Virus record (IMG/VR): IMGVR_UViG_3300032212_000029
Span: 1-45,339 of that record
Source of the DNA: a virus
Lineage: Duplodnaviria > Caudoviricetes
Reading direction: 5' to 3' (one strand)
DNA: 45,339 bases
This document shows positions 44,992 through 45,339 of the stretch, one piece after another. Numbering within the stretch: the first letter of the stretch is position 1; each line of letters opens with the position of its first letter. The position numbers were made by a program, and so were the translations under genes. Under the pieces are notes generated by a model that was not told the DNA's origin, searched no databases, and saw only the letters and a list, made by a program, of their open reading frames with translations.

Positions 44992-45339
44992 TCACCGGGA
45001 ACGGCGCATCGCTGCTGCCTCTGCGCGGCGCTGCCGCTGGATGTCGGCTTCGGTGAGGCCCACCTGGACCTGATACACCGAGCGGGGCTGTGGGGGCGCG
45101 ACGGGGGCCGCGTGCTGGTTCGACCAAAGGTAGGTCAGGAAGTAGCGATCAGCGTCCATGCCGTGGTTGTGCATGTCGATGGGCTCATCCTTGTTCGGCT
45201 TGTCCTCCTTGACCTCGGGGTAGGCGTAGCGGTCGTACTCCTGGAGATCGTCGGTGGGCCAGTGGAGCGCGACGAGGTGCTGGTCGGGCTCATTCTGGAG
45301 CGCGGCATCGAGGTAGCGCAGTCGCGGCTCGCCCGTGTC
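44992..45339 (-). CDS. terL: Terminase large subunit, C-terminal end
   Basis: In frame with 2-1435 across the join; ...EYDRYAY...DEPIDMHNHGMDADRY nuclease motif; total about 551 aa. Confidence 0.92.
   Translation of the reverse strand, partial: DTGEPRLRYLDAALQNEPDQHLVALHWPTDDLQEYDRYAYPEVKEDKPNKDEPIDMHNHGMDADRYFLTYLWSNQHAAPVAPPQPRSVYQVQVGLTEADIQRQRRAEAAAMRRSR
45214..45339. repeat. 126-bp terminal direct repeat, right copy
   Basis: Identical to 2-127. Confidence 0.95.

Noticed and set aside
44992-45174. Independent 60-aa gene
   Set aside because: It is the in-frame C-terminus of TerL
45214-45339. Terminal repeat as a biological direct terminal repeat
   Set aside because: Its length is close to a common assembler k-mer (127) and it falls inside terL, so it is best read as an assembly overlap
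1-45339. Diversity-generating retroelement, CRISPR array or stop-codon recoding
   Set aside because: I saw no reverse transcriptase, template/variable repeat pair or repeat-spacer array, and genes tile fully under the standard code

Overview
This window is an apparently complete, circularised GC-rich tailed-phage genome of about 45.2 kb. Bases 2-127 recur exactly at 45214-45339, and joining the ends restores an unbroken terminase large-subunit ORF. There are two arms. The + arm (2071-22793) is a tightly coupled run of early/middle genes: RecE-like exonuclease, RecT-like annealing protein, DUF1376-type replication initiator, PAPS-reductase-like enzyme, LexA-type HTH, RusA-like resolvase, HNH nuclease and SSB. 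It ends in a separately promoted GH99/GH71-like glycosidase unit. The - arm (1798 to 1, then 45339 to 23367) carries podovirus-type morphogenesis genes: TerS, TerL, portal, scaffold, capsid, adaptor, an apparently split nozzle, ejection proteins and a 2191-aa polyvalent protein, followed by a small membrane/lysis cassette. The arms converge on a ~570-bp non-coding island with many hairpins and two back-to-back non-canonical tRNA-like elements, one a tRNA-His body with a Pro (GGG) anticodon. I found no integrase, DNA polymerase, helicase or recognisable endolysin. All assignments come from motif recognition and synteny by eye; no database search was run.
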